Origin: an uncultured Bacteroides sp.
GTDB lineage: Bacteria > Bacteroidota > Bacteroidia > Bacteroidales > Bacteroidaceae
DNA length: 64,000 bases
Direction of reading: 5' to 3'
Assembly: GCA_937890825.1 (NCBI GenBank)
Contig: CALADS010000071.1
Location: 28,262 to 92,261 of the forward strand
Shown here: positions 51,748 through 62,879 of the stretch, one piece after another
Position numbering within the stretch: the stretch's first letter is position 1
Layout: every line of letters starts with the position of its first letter
Program-made: the position numbers and the translations under genes
Notes under the pieces: generated by a model
Database searches by the model: none
What the model saw: only the letters and a program-made list of their open reading frames with translations
What the model was told of the DNA's origin: nothing

Positions 51748-51788
51748 CCTCCACCTATAGAAGCCACCATATAAGCAGTAAAAACAGC

Positions 51789-51828
51789 AGAAGGAGTACA
51801 CCGCCCCAAAAAGCGATGTACTCCTTCT
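51789..51828 (-). terminator. Terminator after sufS
   Basis: AGAAGGAGTACA...TGTACTCCTTCT inverted repeat. Confidence 0.75.
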
Positions 51829-51881
51829 TAAGAAGCCAATACGTCCATCTTACTAACGATGAACATATTCTCTAGAAATAC

Positions 51882-53096
51882 TCAAAACATCTTGCTCACC
51901 CGCTCGATACCTGCTACCAGCACATCGATTTCTTCACGGGTGTTATACAGGCCAAACGAAGCACGTACCGTACCTTCTATACCCAACCGTTGCATTAACG
52001 GCTGTGCACAATGGTGTCCGGTACGTACAGCAATGCCCAGACGGTCGAGCAAGGTACCCATATCAAAATGATGGATATTGCCCACCAGAAAAGAAATCAC
52101 ACTGCCTTTATCGGCTGCCTCACCGAATATCCGCATGCCCGGAATTTCTTTCAAACGCTGCATGGCATACTGCGTCAGTTGATGCTCATGAGCAGCTATC
52201 TGTTCCATACCGATAGCCGATACATAATCCAAGGCCTTAGCCAATCCTGTGGTACCGATATAATCGGGTGTACCTGCTTCGAACTTAAAAGGCAGTTCAT
52301 TGAATGTGGTACGCTCGAAAGATACGTGCTGAATCATTTCGCCTCCTCCTTGATAAGGCGGAAGTTTATCCAGCCAGTCTTCTTTGCCATAAAGCACCCC
52401 TACACCGGTGGGACCATATACCTTATGCCCGGAGAACACATAGAAATCGGCATCCAAGGCCTGTACATCCACAGCCATGTGGGGCACAGACTGCGCACCG
52501 TCTACCAAGACAGGCACTCCATGAGCATGTGCCGTGGCTATCATTTCCTTCACCGGATTGACTGTACCCAATACATTACTGACATGGGCCACGCAAACCA
52601 ATTTGGTACGTTCCGAGAACAAGTGTTCATATTCTTCCTGCAACAGTTCGCCCCGGTCGTTCATAGGAATCACCTTCAGTACAATTCCCTTACGCATAGC
52701 TTGCAGTTGCCAGGGCACAATGTTACTGTGATGTTCCATCACCGACACCACTACTTCATCGCCCTCGTTCAGAAAAGCCTCGCTAAAGCTGGAAGCCAAC
52801 AGGTTGATACTCTCGGTAGTGCCCCGCGTAAAGATAATCTCGTTCGTACTGCGTGCGTTGATGAACCGACGCACCGTTTCGCGACTGGCCTCGTGCAGTT
52901 CGGTAGCCTGCTGAGAAAGGAAATGCACACCGCGATGCACATTGGCATTCACGGAATAATACTCGTCGGCAATGGCATCTACTACTGACCGAGGTTTCTG
53001 CGTAGTGGCTCCGTTGTCAAAATACACCAACGGCTTGCCATACACTTCTCTGGAAAGAATCGGGAAATCTTCCCGCACCTTCAATACATCATACAT
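51882..53096 (-). CDS. sufS: Cysteine desulfurase
   Basis: YFDNGATTQKP, EHHSN, FSGHKVYGPTG, FEAGTP, RTGHHCA. Confidence 0.96.
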   Translation of the reverse strand: MYDVLKVREDFPILSREVYGKPLVYFDNGATTQKPRSVVDAIADEYYSVNANVHRGVHFLSQQATELHEASRETVRRFINARSTNEIIFTRGTTESINLLASSFSEAFLNEGDEVVVSVMEHHSNIVPWQLQAMRKGIVLKVIPMNDRGELLQEEYEHLFSERTKLVCVAHVSNVLGTVNPVKEMIATAHAHGVPVLVDGAQSVPHMAVDVQALDADFYVFSGHKVYGPTGVGVLYGKEDWLDKLPPYQGGGEMIQHVSFERTTFNELPFKFEAGTPDYIGTTGLAKALDYVSAIGMEQIAAHEHQLTQYAMQRLKEIPGMRIFGEAADKGSVISFLVGNIHHFDMGTLLDRLGIAVRTGHHCAQPLMQRLGIEGTVRASFGLYNTREEIDVLVAGIERVSKMF

Positions 53097-53101
53097 AGCC
53101 T

Positions 53102-54442
53102 TTACTTACAAATCTTACAACTCTTACACTTGTTCAACTCTCCTCTGAAGCGCTTTTCCACCAACAAATGCAGACGTTCTTTCAATGCATCCATACGAAT
53201 TGTATCAATCACTTCGTTTACAAAGGCAAACATCAATAACAAACGCGCTTCACGGGCAGAAATACCGCGCTGCTGCATATAGAATAAAGCAGCCTCATCC
53301 AACTGGCCCACCGTGGCACCATGACTGCACTTCACGTCGTCGGCATAGATTTCCAACTGAGGCTGGGTATACATACGGGCCTCACGCGTGGCACACAGAT
53401 TCCGGTTGGTTTGCTGAGAAACGGTTTGCTGCGCGCCCGGCCTAACCAGTACCAGTCCTGCAAACGCACCTACGGCATGGTCGTCGAGCACATATTTGAA
53501 GAGTTCATTACTTACACAGCGCGACACCGCATGGTCTATCTTGGTGTGATTGTCCACGTGCTGATTCTTATCTTCGATAGCCATTCCACAAAGATTGATT
53601 TCCGCCCCTTCACCGGCCAGCGTTACTTCCGTAGTATTGCGAGTAGTACCGTTGTACAGCGTCATGCCATTCAGCAGCACATTACTGCCGGCCTCCTGCT
53701 TCACATACAGATTACTGATACGCACCGTACTGGTATGCGTTTCTTCCAATTCATATAAATCGAACACCGCATTTTCTCCCACAAACACCTCTATTACCTG
53801 CGTAGCCAGAAAATTCACATTATCCATAGCATGGTCGCAAGCCAACAGACGTGCCTGTGCCCCTTCTTCCAATATCACCAACACGCGACGGTTCACCATG
53901 AAGTTCACATCGGCACGCAAGATATTCACCAACTGGATAGGCTTTTCCACCACTACCCGCTTCGGTACGTATAAGAATACACCATCTTGCGCAAAAGCCG
54001 TATTGAAAGCCGTGACTCCATCTTTCGAGGTATCGGCCAACTTTCCATAATACTTCTTCACCAGGTCGGGATGCTTTTCAGCCATCTCCTTCAAACTACC
54101 AAACAGCACCCCGTCGGGTAAAGTTGCCGGTGGAGCTACCTTGCAAAATGCATCATTCACTACAAAATAAAGCGACGTACTCATGTTGGGCACATCACAC
54201 TTGAACACTTCATAAGGATTTACCGGAATTTCCAGCCGGTTCAAATTCAATCCATAATCCGGTTCAAAGAATTTGCTTATATCTGTATATTTATACTTTT
54301 CTTGCTTACGCGTAGGAAAGCCGATACGCTCAAAATCGGCAAAAGCCTTCGCCCGGTGTGCGTTCAGCACCTCCGCACTATGCCGGCATAGCATCGCTTC
54401 CGTCTGCGCAAACAAGTCAATATATTGTTGTTCAGGTTTCAT
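53102..54442 (-). CDS. sufD: Fe-S cluster assembly protein SufD
   Basis: EKYKYT, PQLEIYADDVKCSHGATVG; start may instead be 54448. Confidence 0.94.
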   Translation of the reverse strand: MKPEQQYIDLFAQTEAMLCRHSAEVLNAHRAKAFADFERIGFPTRKQEKYKYTDISKFFEPDYGLNLNRLEIPVNPYEVFKCDVPNMSTSLYFVVNDAFCKVAPPATLPDGVLFGSLKEMAEKHPDLVKKYYGKLADTSKDGVTAFNTAFAQDGVFLYVPKRVVVEKPIQLVNILRADVNFMVNRRVLVILEEGAQARLLACDHAMDNVNFLATQVIEVFVGENAVFDLYELEETHTSTVRISNLYVKQEAGSNVLLNGMTLYNGTTRNTTEVTLAGEGAEINLCGMAIEDKNQHVDNHTKIDHAVSRCVSNELFKYVLDDHAVGAFAGLVLVRPGAQQTVSQQTNRNLCATREARMYTQPQLEIYADDVKCSHGATVGQLDEAALFYMQQRGISAREARLLLMFAFVNEVIDTIRMDALKERLHLLVEKRFRGELNKCKSCKICK

Positions 54443-54452
54443 ACTCATTCCA

Positions 54453-55205
54453 TTATTCTGCAATTTCTTTCTTTATCCAATCAAAGCCGCGTGCTTCGAT
54501 TTCCTGCGCCAATTCAGGGCCTGCTGTCTTCACGATGCGTCCGTTCAGCAACACGTGTACAATATCCGGCTTCAAATAATCCAGCAGACGTTGATAGTGC
54601 GTAATCACCATAGCACTGGTCTGCGGCGTGCGCAGTTTGTTGAATCCTTCGGCCACAATGCGCAAAGCATCCACATCCAGTCCGGAGTCTGTCTCATCCA
54701 GAATGGTAAACGTAGGTTCCAGCATAGCCATCTGGAAAATCTCGTTGCGTTTCTTCTCACCGCCACTGAATCCCTCGTTCACACTACGATTGGCCAACTT
54801 GTTGTCCAGCTCTACCACTGCTCGTTTTTCACGCATCAGTTTCAGAAATTCGCTGGCATTCAAGGCCGGCAGATGACGATACTTACGCTGCTCGTTGACC
54901 GCCGTACGCATGAAGTTTACCATCGACACTCCCGGAATCTCTACCGGCGTCTGAAACGACAGGAAGATACCTTCGTGTGCGCGGTCTTCGGGCGACATGG
55001 CCAGCAAATCCTTGCCATTGAAAGTTACCGTACCGCTGGTGACCTGATAGGCAGGATGCCCCACCAGTACATTACTCAAGGTACTCTTACCGGCACCATT
55101 CTGTCCCATCAAGGCATGCACTTCCCCATCACGGATAGTGAGATTGATACCCTTTAATATTTCTTTGCCATTAATGCTGGCATGTAAATCTTTTATTTCT
55201 AACAT
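54453..55205 (-). CDS. sufC: Fe-S cluster assembly ATPase SufC
   Basis: MGQNGAGKST, NEGFSGGEKKRNE, DETDSGLDVD, ITHYQRLL. Confidence 0.96.
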   Translation of the reverse strand: MLEIKDLHASINGKEILKGINLTIRDGEVHALMGQNGAGKSTLSNVLVGHPAYQVTSGTVTFNGKDLLAMSPEDRAHEGIFLSFQTPVEIPGVSMVNFMRTAVNEQRKYRHLPALNASEFLKLMREKRAVVELDNKLANRSVNEGFSGGEKKRNEIFQMAMLEPTFTILDETDSGLDVDALRIVAEGFNKLRTPQTSAMVITHYQRLLDYLKPDIVHVLLNGRIVKTAGPELAQEIEARGFDWIKKEIAE

Positions 55206-55232
55206 CGTTCTTCTAAATTAATTAACACCCTC

Positions 55233-56687
55233 TTATCCTACGCTCCCTTCCAATGAAATGGCCAGCAATTTCTGAGCTTCTACTGCAAATTCCATAGGAA
55301 GTTTATTGATTACCTCCTTGGCATATCCGTTCACAATCAAGCCTATGGCATCTTCCGTAGATATACCCCGCTGATTACAATAGAACAGTTGGTCTTCGCT
55401 GATTTTACTGGTGGTGGCCTCGTGCTCTACCACCGCTGTTTCGTTGTGAATATCCATATAGGGAAACGTATGCGCCCCACATTGGTCGCCCAGCAGTAAA
55501 GAATCACACTGACTATAGTTACGGGCGTTATCGGCCTTGGCATTCACACGTACCAATCCCCGATAGGAGTTTTCACTTTTACCGGCCGATATACCCTTAC
55601 TTACGATGGTACTACGGGTATTCTTACCGATGTGAATCATCTTGGTACCCGTATCGGCCTGCTGATAATTATTGGTCACCGCCACACTGTAGAATTCCGC
55701 TACCGAGTTATCGCCAGAGAGGATGCACGAAGGATATTTCCAAGTGATGGCCGAGCCCGTTTCTACCTGGGTCCAGGAAAGTTTGCTGTCCACCCCCTTG
55801 CAATGTCCGCGCTTCGTCACGAAGTTATAAACGCCTCCTTTGCCCTCGGCATCGCCGGGATACCAGTTCTGCACGGTGCTGTACTTCACCTCTGCACGGT
55901 CGTGAACCATGATTTCCACAATGGCTGCATGCAACTGATTCTCATCGCGCATGGGTGCCGTACATCCTTCCAGATAGGACACATAGGAATCTTCGTCGGC
56001 CACAATCAACGTACGCTCAAACTGTCCCGTATTGCTGGCGTTGATGCGGAAATAGGTAGACAATTCCATCGGACAGCGCACCCCTTTCGGAATGTATACA
56101 AACGAACCGTCTGAAAAGACAGCCGAGTTCAATGCCGCAAAGAAATTATCACGGTAAGGCACCACCGAGCCCAGGTATTTCTGCACCAGGTCGGGATGTT
56201 CGCGCACTGCCTCGCTGAACGAACAAAAGATAATCCCCTTTTCCATCAGCGTTTCCTTAAAAGTAGTCTTCACCGACACTGAATCCATTACCGCATCTAC
56301 GGCAATGCCGCTCAGAGCCATCTGTTCTTCCAAGGGGATACCCAACTTATTGAACGTTTTAATCAGTTCAGGGTCTACTTCCTCCATGCTTTTCGGCCCG
56401 TCTTTCTTCTTCGTAGGGTCGGCATAATACGAAATAGCCTGATAATCTATCTCCGGAATGCGGAGATGTGCCCATGTAGGCATTTCCAGCGTCAGCCAGT
56501 ATCGGTATGCCTTCAGGCGGAACTCCAGCAGCCAATCGGGTTCTCCCTTCTTTTCGGAGATAAGTCGAATGATGTCTTCATTCAGGCCACGTTCTATGAT
56601 GTCGGTATGCACATCCGTGGTGAAGCCATACTTATACTTCTCCTGTGTAAGTTCCTTTACATATTTATTCGGTTCTTCTTGTTGCAT
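55233..56687 (-). CDS. sufB: Fe-S cluster assembly protein SufB
   Basis: [32 protein letters not shown]. Confidence 0.97.
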   Translation of the reverse strand: MQQEEPNKYVKELTQEKYKYGFTTDVHTDIIERGLNEDIIRLISEKKGEPDWLLEFRLKAYRYWLTLEMPTWAHLRIPEIDYQAISYYADPTKKKDGPKSMEEVDPELIKTFNKLGIPLEEQMALSGIAVDAVMDSVSVKTTFKETLMEKGIIFCSFSEAVREHPDLVQKYLGSVVPYRDNFFAALNSAVFSDGSFVYIPKGVRCPMELSTYFRINASNTGQFERTLIVADEDSYVSYLEGCTAPMRDENQLHAAIVEIMVHDRAEVKYSTVQNWYPGDAEGKGGVYNFVTKRGHCKGVDSKLSWTQVETGSAITWKYPSCILSGDNSVAEFYSVAVTNNYQQADTGTKMIHIGKNTRSTIVSKGISAGKSENSYRGLVRVNAKADNARNYSQCDSLLLGDQCGAHTFPYMDIHNETAVVEHEATTSKISEDQLFYCNQRGISTEDAIGLIVNGYAKEVINKLPMEFAVEAQKLLAISLEGSVG

Positions 56688-56706
56688 AACTATCTATATA
56701 TACTAT

Positions 56707-57201
56707 TTAAAATTCCTCCCAAGCAGTCTTGGCAACCGGAAAGAACAAATCTGCCAATGATACTATCGGATAATACAATGTTGAATCATCCTTAGATGCT
56801 TTATCTATCCAATGATGGTCTGTGTCTACAAATTCTATGACACCCACCACGATGCTGACCAGTAGCAAAGATTTCAGCAATCCCAACAGTGCTCCCAGTA
56901 AGCGGTTGATTCCTCCCAAAGCAATGGCCTCCATCAGTTTGGTGAGCAGCGACGCCACTATAGCAAACAACAGAGGTACGGCCAGCCATATCAAAACGAA
57001 AGACAAGCCTTGGGCAAAAGTCGGAGAATCGCCCAAAACCGGCGACAGCTTCACAGCCAACGATGCATACAGCGTCTTGGCAGCCAGCAATCCCACGATG
57101 AGCCCCAACAAGGAAGCCAGTTGTCTGATGAATCCTTTCATAAATCCCAGCACAGCTCCCAGCCCCAATACGGTCAGCATTACAATATCCAGTGTTACCA
57201 T
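56707..57201 (-). CDS. cvpA: CvpA (colicin V production)-family membrane protein
   Basis: LDIV...GFMKGFIRQ, INRLLGALLG; 4 TM segments. Confidence 0.85.
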   Translation of the reverse strand: MVTLDIVMLTVLGLGAVLGFMKGFIRQLASLLGLIVGLLAAKTLYASLAVKLSPVLGDSPTFAQGLSFVLIWLAVPLLFAIVASLLTKLMEAIALGGINRLLGALLGLLKSLLLVSIVVGVIEFVDTDHHWIDKASKDDSTLYYPIVSLADLFFPVAKTAWEEF

Positions 57202-57216
57202 CTTCCTAAAAACAAA

Positions 57217-57273
57217 CAATGGATAATCAATAATTGATAATTTCTTCCATCATCAATCATCAATTATCCATTG
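57217..57273. repeat. 7-nt-periodic inverted repeat between infB and cvpA
   Basis: CAATGGATAAT CAATAATTGATAAT ... ATCATCAATCATCA ATTATCCATTG. Confidence 0.6.
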
Positions 57274-57292
57274 CTATATGGTTTATGAGCTA

Positions 57293-60223
57293 TTACAACG
57301 TCTGCTTTACTTCGATTTCTTCGTAAGATTCAATCACGTCGCCCACTTTAATATCGTTACAGTTGGTCAGGCTGATACCACATTCAAAGTTGGTTCCCAC
57401 TTCTTTCACATCATCTTTGAAGCGTTTCAAAGCATTGATAGAACCAGTAAAGATTACGATACCGTCGCGGATAAGACGAGCCTTGTCGCTGCGTTTCACC
57501 TTTCCGGTCTTCACCATCGCACCGGCTACTATACCCACCTTACTGATATTGAACACTTCACGCACTTCGATAGTAGCTGTAACCTGCTCTTTCAAGGTAG
57601 GTGCCAGCATACCTTCCATAGCCGACTTCACCTCTTCAATAGCGTCGTAGATTACGGAATATTTGCGGATATCTACCCCTTCCTGCTCAGCCAACTTGGC
57701 TGCAGAGCCCGAAGGACGTACCTGGAAGCCTACGATGATAGCATCGGAAGCAGCAGCCAGCGATACATCGGATTCCGAAATCTGTCCCACGCCCTTGTGG
57801 ATACAGTTTACTTGAATCTGTTCGGTAGACAGCTTGATAAGAGAGTCGCTCAACGCTTCTACAGAACCGTCCACGTCACCCTTCACGATGATGTTCAGTT
57901 CGTGGAAGTCGCCCAATGCCAAACGACGACCTACTTCATCCAGTGTCAACATCTTCTGTGTACGCAAGCCCTGTTCGCGCTGCAACTGTTCACGCTTGTT
58001 GGCTATTTCGCGCGCCTCCTGTTCGGTTTCAATCACATGGAATGTATCACCTGCAGCAGGTGCTCCGTTCAGTCCCAAAATCAAGGCAGGAGTAGACGGA
58101 CCCGCTTCCTTCATGCGCTGATTACGTTCGTTGAACATGGCTTTCACCTTACCATAGCTGGTTCCTGCCAATACGATATCTCCCATTTTCAGTGTACCGT
58201 TGGACACCAGCACTGTAGCTACATAGCCACGACCCTTATCCAATGAAGACTCGATGATAGAGCCCGTAGCCCGGCGGTCCGGGTTAGCTTTCAAATCCAG
58301 CATTTCAGCCTCAAGCAGAACCTTTTCCATCAATTCAGGCACACCGATACCCTTCTTGGCCGAAATATCCTGTGACTGATACTTACCACCCCATTCTTCC
58401 ACCAGGAAGTTCATGGCAGCCAGCTGCTCTTTAATCTTATCGGGATTAGCGGTCGGTTTATCAATCTTATTGATGGCAAAAACGATAGGTACACCAGCAG
58501 CCATGGCATGATTGATAGCCTCCTTGGTTTGCGGCATCACATCATCATCCGCAGCCACAATGATAATAACCACGTCGGTTACCTTGGCACCACGGGCACG
58601 CATGGCCGTAAACGCCTCGTGACCCGGAGTATCGAGGAAAGTAATCTTTCTTCCGTCTTCCAGCGTTACGTGATAAGCACCGATGTGCTGCGTAATACCA
58701 CCCGCCTCGCCGGCAATTACATTGGCCTTACGGATATAGTCCAGCAACGAAGTCTTACCGTGGTCTACGTGACCCATCACGGTTACAATCGGAGCACGCG
58801 GTTCCAAATCTTCTTCCGCATCCTCTTCTTCTACAATAGCCTGTGCTACTTCTGCACTTACATATTCTGTTTTGAATCCAAATTCCTCGGCCACCAGATT
58901 GATGGTTTCGGCATCCAGACGCTGGTTGATAGATACCATGATACCCACGCTCATACAAGTAGCAATGACCTGAGTAACCGATACATCCATCATATTAGCC
59001 AATTCATTGGCCGTTACAAATTCCGTCAGCTTCAGCACCTTGCTTTCTGCCATTTCCAAGTTTTCGAGTTCTTGCAAACGGTCGGCTGCCTGCTCACGTT
59101 TTTCCTTGCGATATTTTGCTCCCTTGTTCTTACCCTTCGAAGTAAGGCGTGCCAAGGTTTCCTTTACCTGCTTTGCTACATCCTCTTCACTTACTTCCTG
59201 CTTCAGCATCGGTTTCTTAAAGCGGTCTTTATTCTTTTTACCGCCCTGCTGTGCAGCTTGTCCTGCAGCTTTGCCACGTTCATTTCCGCCACGTTGGAAG
59301 TTAGAAGCATTGTTGATATCTACCTTTTCCTTGTTGATACGTACCCGCTGCTTCTTCTTGCCGTTTCCTTCTCCGTCTTTATCTTTCAGTTTGCTGTCTT
59401 CCCGGCGTATTTCCTTGATGATAGCTTCCTTCATCTGCTTGCGCTGATCCAGGCGTTGCTTTTCTTTTTCCTCACGTTCCCGCTTCTTTTCCTCCTTCGA
59501 TTTCTTCTTAGGACGTGTAGACTGATTCAAAGCGGCCAAATCGATTTGTCCGATTACATTGATTTTCGACACAAATTCCGGTTGACGGATTTTGAAGATT
59601 TCATCTTCTTTCTTTTCTGTAGAGTCTTCTACGCTCATTTCTTCTGTTTCTTTCTTTTCCACCTCAATTTCTACCTGCGGCATTTCTTTTTCAGGTTCAG
59701 CTACCACCTCTGGTTTTTCCTCCACTTTAGGTTCCGGTTGGGCCACAGGTTCCTTCACAGTCACTTCCTCCTGTACGGGCTGGGCAGCTTCGGCCTTTAC
59801 CTCTTCCTGAGGCTTCAGTTCCTCTTCCTTCACCGTTTCAGGTTCCTTTTCTGCAACAGGTCTGCGATTCAGTTTATCCAAATCGATTTTACCCACGGGC
59901 TTAAATTTGGGGCGCACCTCTTCCGGAACCACGGTTTTGATTTCTTCATTTTTAGCCTTTTCCTGAGTCTCGGTATCGTATCCATCGATAGCCACCGATG
60001 CCTTGTTACGGTCCTTGCTCTGGCGTTCCTGGCTGAAGCGCTCCGATTTTATCTTAAGGTCCTTATCTGTACTGAACTCCTTCTTAAGCAGTTCAAACTG
60101 CTCATCCGTAATCTTTGTATTAGGATTTGCCTCTACGGTAAACCCCTTCTTCTGCAGGAACTCAACAGCCGTTGTAATTCCCACATTCAAGTCTCTTGTT
60201 ACTTTATTTAACCTTATCGTCAT
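57293..60223 (-). CDS. infB: Translation initiation factor IF-2
   Basis: [25 protein letters not shown]. Confidence 0.98.
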   Translation of the reverse strand: MTIRLNKVTRDLNVGITTAVEFLQKKGFTVEANPNTKITDEQFELLKKEFSTDKDLKIKSERFSQERQSKDRNKASVAIDGYDTETQEKAKNEEIKTVVPEEVRPKFKPVGKIDLDKLNRRPVAEKEPETVKEEELKPQEEVKAEAAQPVQEEVTVKEPVAQPEPKVEEKPEVVAEPEKEMPQVEIEVEKKETEEMSVEDSTEKKEDEIFKIRQPEFVSKINVIGQIDLAALNQSTRPKKKSKEEKKREREEKEKQRLDQRKQMKEAIIKEIRREDSKLKDKDGEGNGKKKQRVRINKEKVDINNASNFQRGGNERGKAAGQAAQQGGKKNKDRFKKPMLKQEVSEEDVAKQVKETLARLTSKGKNKGAKYRKEKREQAADRLQELENLEMAESKVLKLTEFVTANELANMMDVSVTQVIATCMSVGIMVSINQRLDAETINLVAEEFGFKTEYVSAEVAQAIVEEEDAEEDLEPRAPIVTVMGHVDHGKTSLLDYIRKANVIAGEAGGITQHIGAYHVTLEDGRKITFLDTPGHEAFTAMRARGAKVTDVVIIIVAADDDVMPQTKEAINHAMAAGVPIVFAINKIDKPTANPDKIKEQLAAMNFLVEEWGGKYQSQDISAKKGIGVPELMEKVLLEAEMLDLKANPDRRATGSIIESSLDKGRGYVATVLVSNGTLKMGDIVLAGTSYGKVKAMFNERNQRMKEAGPSTPALILGLNGAPAAGDTFHVIETEQEAREIANKREQLQREQGLRTQKMLTLDEVGRRLALGDFHELNIIVKGDVDGSVEALSDSLIKLSTEQIQVNCIHKGVGQISESDVSLAAASDAIIVGFQVRPSGSAAKLAEQEGVDIRKYSVIYDAIEEVKSAMEGMLAPTLKEQVTATIEVREVFNISKVGIVAGAMVKTGKVKRSDKARLIRDGIVIFTGSINALKRFKDDVKEVGTNFECGISLTNCNDIKVGDVIESYEEIEVKQTL

Positions 60224-60265
60224 ATTACAAATTTAATAAATTACGGAGAATGCCGCATATTGCGG

Positions 60266-61537
60266 TTATTGGTTTTCTCCTTCTTCCTCGAACTCCTGTC
60301 TCAACACGCGCAGCACCTCGTCTACCGTTTCTTCTTCCAAGTCGGTCTTGGCAATCAACATTTCACGGGGCGCATTCAGCACAGCCTTGGCCGTATCGAT
60401 ACCGATATTCTTGATGGCATCAATCACCCAGCCGTCTATTTCATCACGGAATTCATCGAGGTAGATATCCTCGTCTTCAACCGTCTCGTCCAGTTCGCGG
60501 AATACATCAATCGTATATTCTGTCAACATACTGGCCAGCTTGATGTTCAAGCCGCCTTTACCGATAGCCAACGATACTTCTTCCGGTTTCAAGAACACTT
60601 CGGCCTTGCGTTCTTCTTCATTCAGGCGAATGGAAGAAATCTTGGCCGGGCTCAAAGCACGTTGGATGAACAATTGAATATTCGACGTATAGTTAATGAC
60701 GTCGATATTCTCGTTGCGCAATTCGCGCACAATGCCGTGAATACGGCTACCCTTTACACCTACACAAGCGCCTACAGGATCAATACGGTCGTCGTAAGAT
60801 TCCACCGCAATCTTGGCACGCTCGCCCGGGATACGGGCAATCTTCTTGATGGTAATCAGCCCGTCGTTGATTTCGGGTACTTCCATCTCGAACAGACGTT
60901 GCAGGAACACGGGTGACGTACGGCTTAGAATAATCTTCGGATTATTGTTTTTATTGTCTACGCGAGCCACCACTGCACGGGCTGTTTCTCCTTTACGGTA
61001 GAAATCGCTCGGTATCTGTTCGGTCTTGGGCAGCAACAGTTCGTTGCCTTCGTCATCGAGCAGCAGAATCTCCTTCTTCCAAATCTGATAGACTTCAGCA
61101 CTGATTACTGTACCTACCTTGTCAATATACTTATTATAAAGACTGTCTTTTTCCAATTCCAAAATCTTGGAAGCCAACGTTTGGCGCAGGTTCAAGATGG
61201 CACGGCGTCCGAACTTGGCAAAGTTTACTTCATCCGTCACTTCCTCGCCCACTTCATATGAACCATCGATTTTCTGTGCCTCGCTCAGCGAAATCTGCAG
61301 GTTCGGGTTTTCCAAATCTTCATCGGCCACCACCTCACGGTTCCGCCAGATTTCAAAGTCACCCTTGTCGGGATTGACAATTACGTCGTAATTCTCGTCT
61401 GTGCCAAACATTTTGGCAATCACACTGCGGAACGACTCTTCCAGTACGCTCACCATGGTGGTTCTATCGATATTTTTCAGTTCCTTGAATTCTGAAAATG
61501 TATCTATCAAGCTAACAGTCTCTTCTTTCTTAGCCAT
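60266..61537 (-). CDS. nusA: Transcription termination/antitermination factor NusA
   Basis: S1 and KH domains, ARIPGERAKIAV, DPVGACVG, SLAIGKGG. Confidence 0.97.
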   Translation of the reverse strand: MAKKEETVSLIDTFSEFKELKNIDRTTMVSVLEESFRSVIAKMFGTDENYDVIVNPDKGDFEIWRNREVVADEDLENPNLQISLSEAQKIDGSYEVGEEVTDEVNFAKFGRRAILNLRQTLASKILELEKDSLYNKYIDKVGTVISAEVYQIWKKEILLLDDEGNELLLPKTEQIPSDFYRKGETARAVVARVDNKNNNPKIILSRTSPVFLQRLFEMEVPEINDGLITIKKIARIPGERAKIAVESYDDRIDPVGACVGVKGSRIHGIVRELRNENIDVINYTSNIQLFIQRALSPAKISSIRLNEEERKAEVFLKPEEVSLAIGKGGLNIKLASMLTEYTIDVFRELDETVEDEDIYLDEFRDEIDGWVIDAIKNIGIDTAKAVLNAPREMLIAKTDLEEETVDEVLRVLRQEFEEEGENQ

Positions 61538-61542
61538 AACTC

Positions 61543-62010
61543 TTATTTGAAGCTGATTAAGTATTTTGTATATTTTATATCTTCATAACCGAAGGATAAA
61601 TCCTCGTCTACCATTTTAGGACGCTTGGCTCCCTCTTCCTTGACTTTCTTCTGCACTGTGAGTACAAAGTGCTGTTCGTCGGCTTCCTTCAGCACTCCCT
61701 GCAGCTTGCGTCCGTCCTTGGTAAGCACTTCCACTTCGCTACCCACATAATTGAGGTACTGCTGAAGCACTTTAAAGGGCTGTCCGATACCTGCCGAGCC
61801 TACTTCCAACTCATAATCTTCTTCTTCGCGATTCAGCTTCGACTCAATGTACCGACTCAGATCTACACAATCTTCTATCCACACCCCTTCCTTGTGGTCA
61901 ATTTCCACTACGATTTTATCATCCGGGCTGATGGTCACTTCCACCAGGAAGTAATCCTTGTCTTGCAGCCACTCGTCAACAATCTGACAAACTGTTTTCT
62001 TTTCTATCAT
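61543..62010 (-). CDS. rimP: Ribosome maturation factor RimP
   Basis: IEDCVDLSR, YELEVGSAG; first gene of rimP-nusA-infB. Confidence 0.93.
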   Translation of the reverse strand: MIEKKTVCQIVDEWLQDKDYFLVEVTISPDDKIVVEIDHKEGVWIEDCVDLSRYIESKLNREEEDYELEVGSAGIGQPFKVLQQYLNYVGSEVEVLTKDGRKLQGVLKEADEQHFVLTVQKKVKEEGAKRPKMVDEDLSFGYEDIKYTKYLISFK

Positions 62011-62034
62011 AAAACTGATTAAAGCAATAAGAAC

Positions 62035-62060
62035 AAAAAAGAGGAGCCTTACTGCCCCTC
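62035..62060 (-). promoter_or_regulatory. rimP-leader-like hairpin/attenuator
   Basis: GAGGGGC-AGTAAG-GCTCCTC then TTTTTT in the 5' leader; consensus promoter TTTG-N19-TATCTTTG at 62115-62085 (minus strand). Confidence 0.65.
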
Positions 62061-62287
62061 CACCTATTCATCCGTTTCCGATTGCAAAGATATAAATAAT
62101 CTGTTCAAGTACAAAATATTAGTAAGAAAAACCCTCACACAGAATTATTTTTCAGCGATTCACCCTGTTCGGTGAACAAGCAAGCCCCAGCGGACGCATC
62201 TTTTGAACAAATGCATGCTCTTTCTTCGAAATAATATCTATCTTTGCAGACATACAACTCTAAAAACATTAAGAAAACTGCAACTAT

Positions 62288-62713
62288 ATGAAAAGCGATC
62301 CTAAAGAATGTCTTTATTGTCAGAACAATGAGACACTGCACAATCTGATGATTGAAATAACCCACCTCAGTGTATCACGCGTATTCCTCTTCAAGGAACA
62401 AACCTACCGCGGCCGTTGCCTAGTGGCCTACAACGAACATGTGAACGACCTCAACGAACTGAGCGACGAACAGCGCAATGCTTTCATGGCCGACGTAGCC
62501 CGGGTGACACGTGCCATGCAGAAAGCCTTTAATCCGGAAAAAATCAACTACGGTGCTTATTCCGACAAGCTCTCTCACCTGCACTTTCATCTGGCTCCCA
62601 AATATGTAGACGGACCCGACTACGGAGGTACCTTCCAAATGAATCCCGGAAAAGTTTATCTGACTGAAGAGGAGTATCAGGAATTGATTGACGCCATTAA
62701 GAAGTGGCTGTAA
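62288..62713 (+). CDS. HIT-family protein
   Basis: KINYG..HLHFHL histidine triad, N-terminal CxxC. Confidence 0.9.
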   Translation: MKSDPKECLYCQNNETLHNLMIEITHLSVSRVFLFKEQTYRGRCLVAYNEHVNDLNELSDEQRNAFMADVARVTRAMQKAFNPEKINYGAYSDKLSHLHFHLAPKYVDGPDYGGTFQMNPGKVYLTEEEYQELIDAIKKWL

Positions 62714-62770
62714 ACCTAGCACATTATTTACTACCCTCACCGTAGCCGAACCGCTTCTGAGGCACATCAC

Positions 62771-62831
62771 CTCCGTAGCTTCTCCGTGCAGAGGTACTTC
62801 TACACGGAGAAACTACGGAGATGCTACGGAG
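62771..62831. repeat. 11-nt-periodic palindromic element between convergent genes
   Basis: CTCCGTAGCTTCTCCGTGCAGA ... TCTACACGGAGAAACTACGGAG ATGCTACGGAG. Confidence 0.7.
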
Positions 62832-62879
62832 CAAATAAGGCTCGGTTGCAGAAAGGACACCCCACATACAGGGAAAACT

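Noticed and set aside
58508..60211. 567-aa plus-strand ORF and other long antisense ORFs (e.g. 27863-28975, 34054-35202, 52011-52988)
   Set aside because: Shadow frames opposite well-conserved genes, with no recognisable motifs
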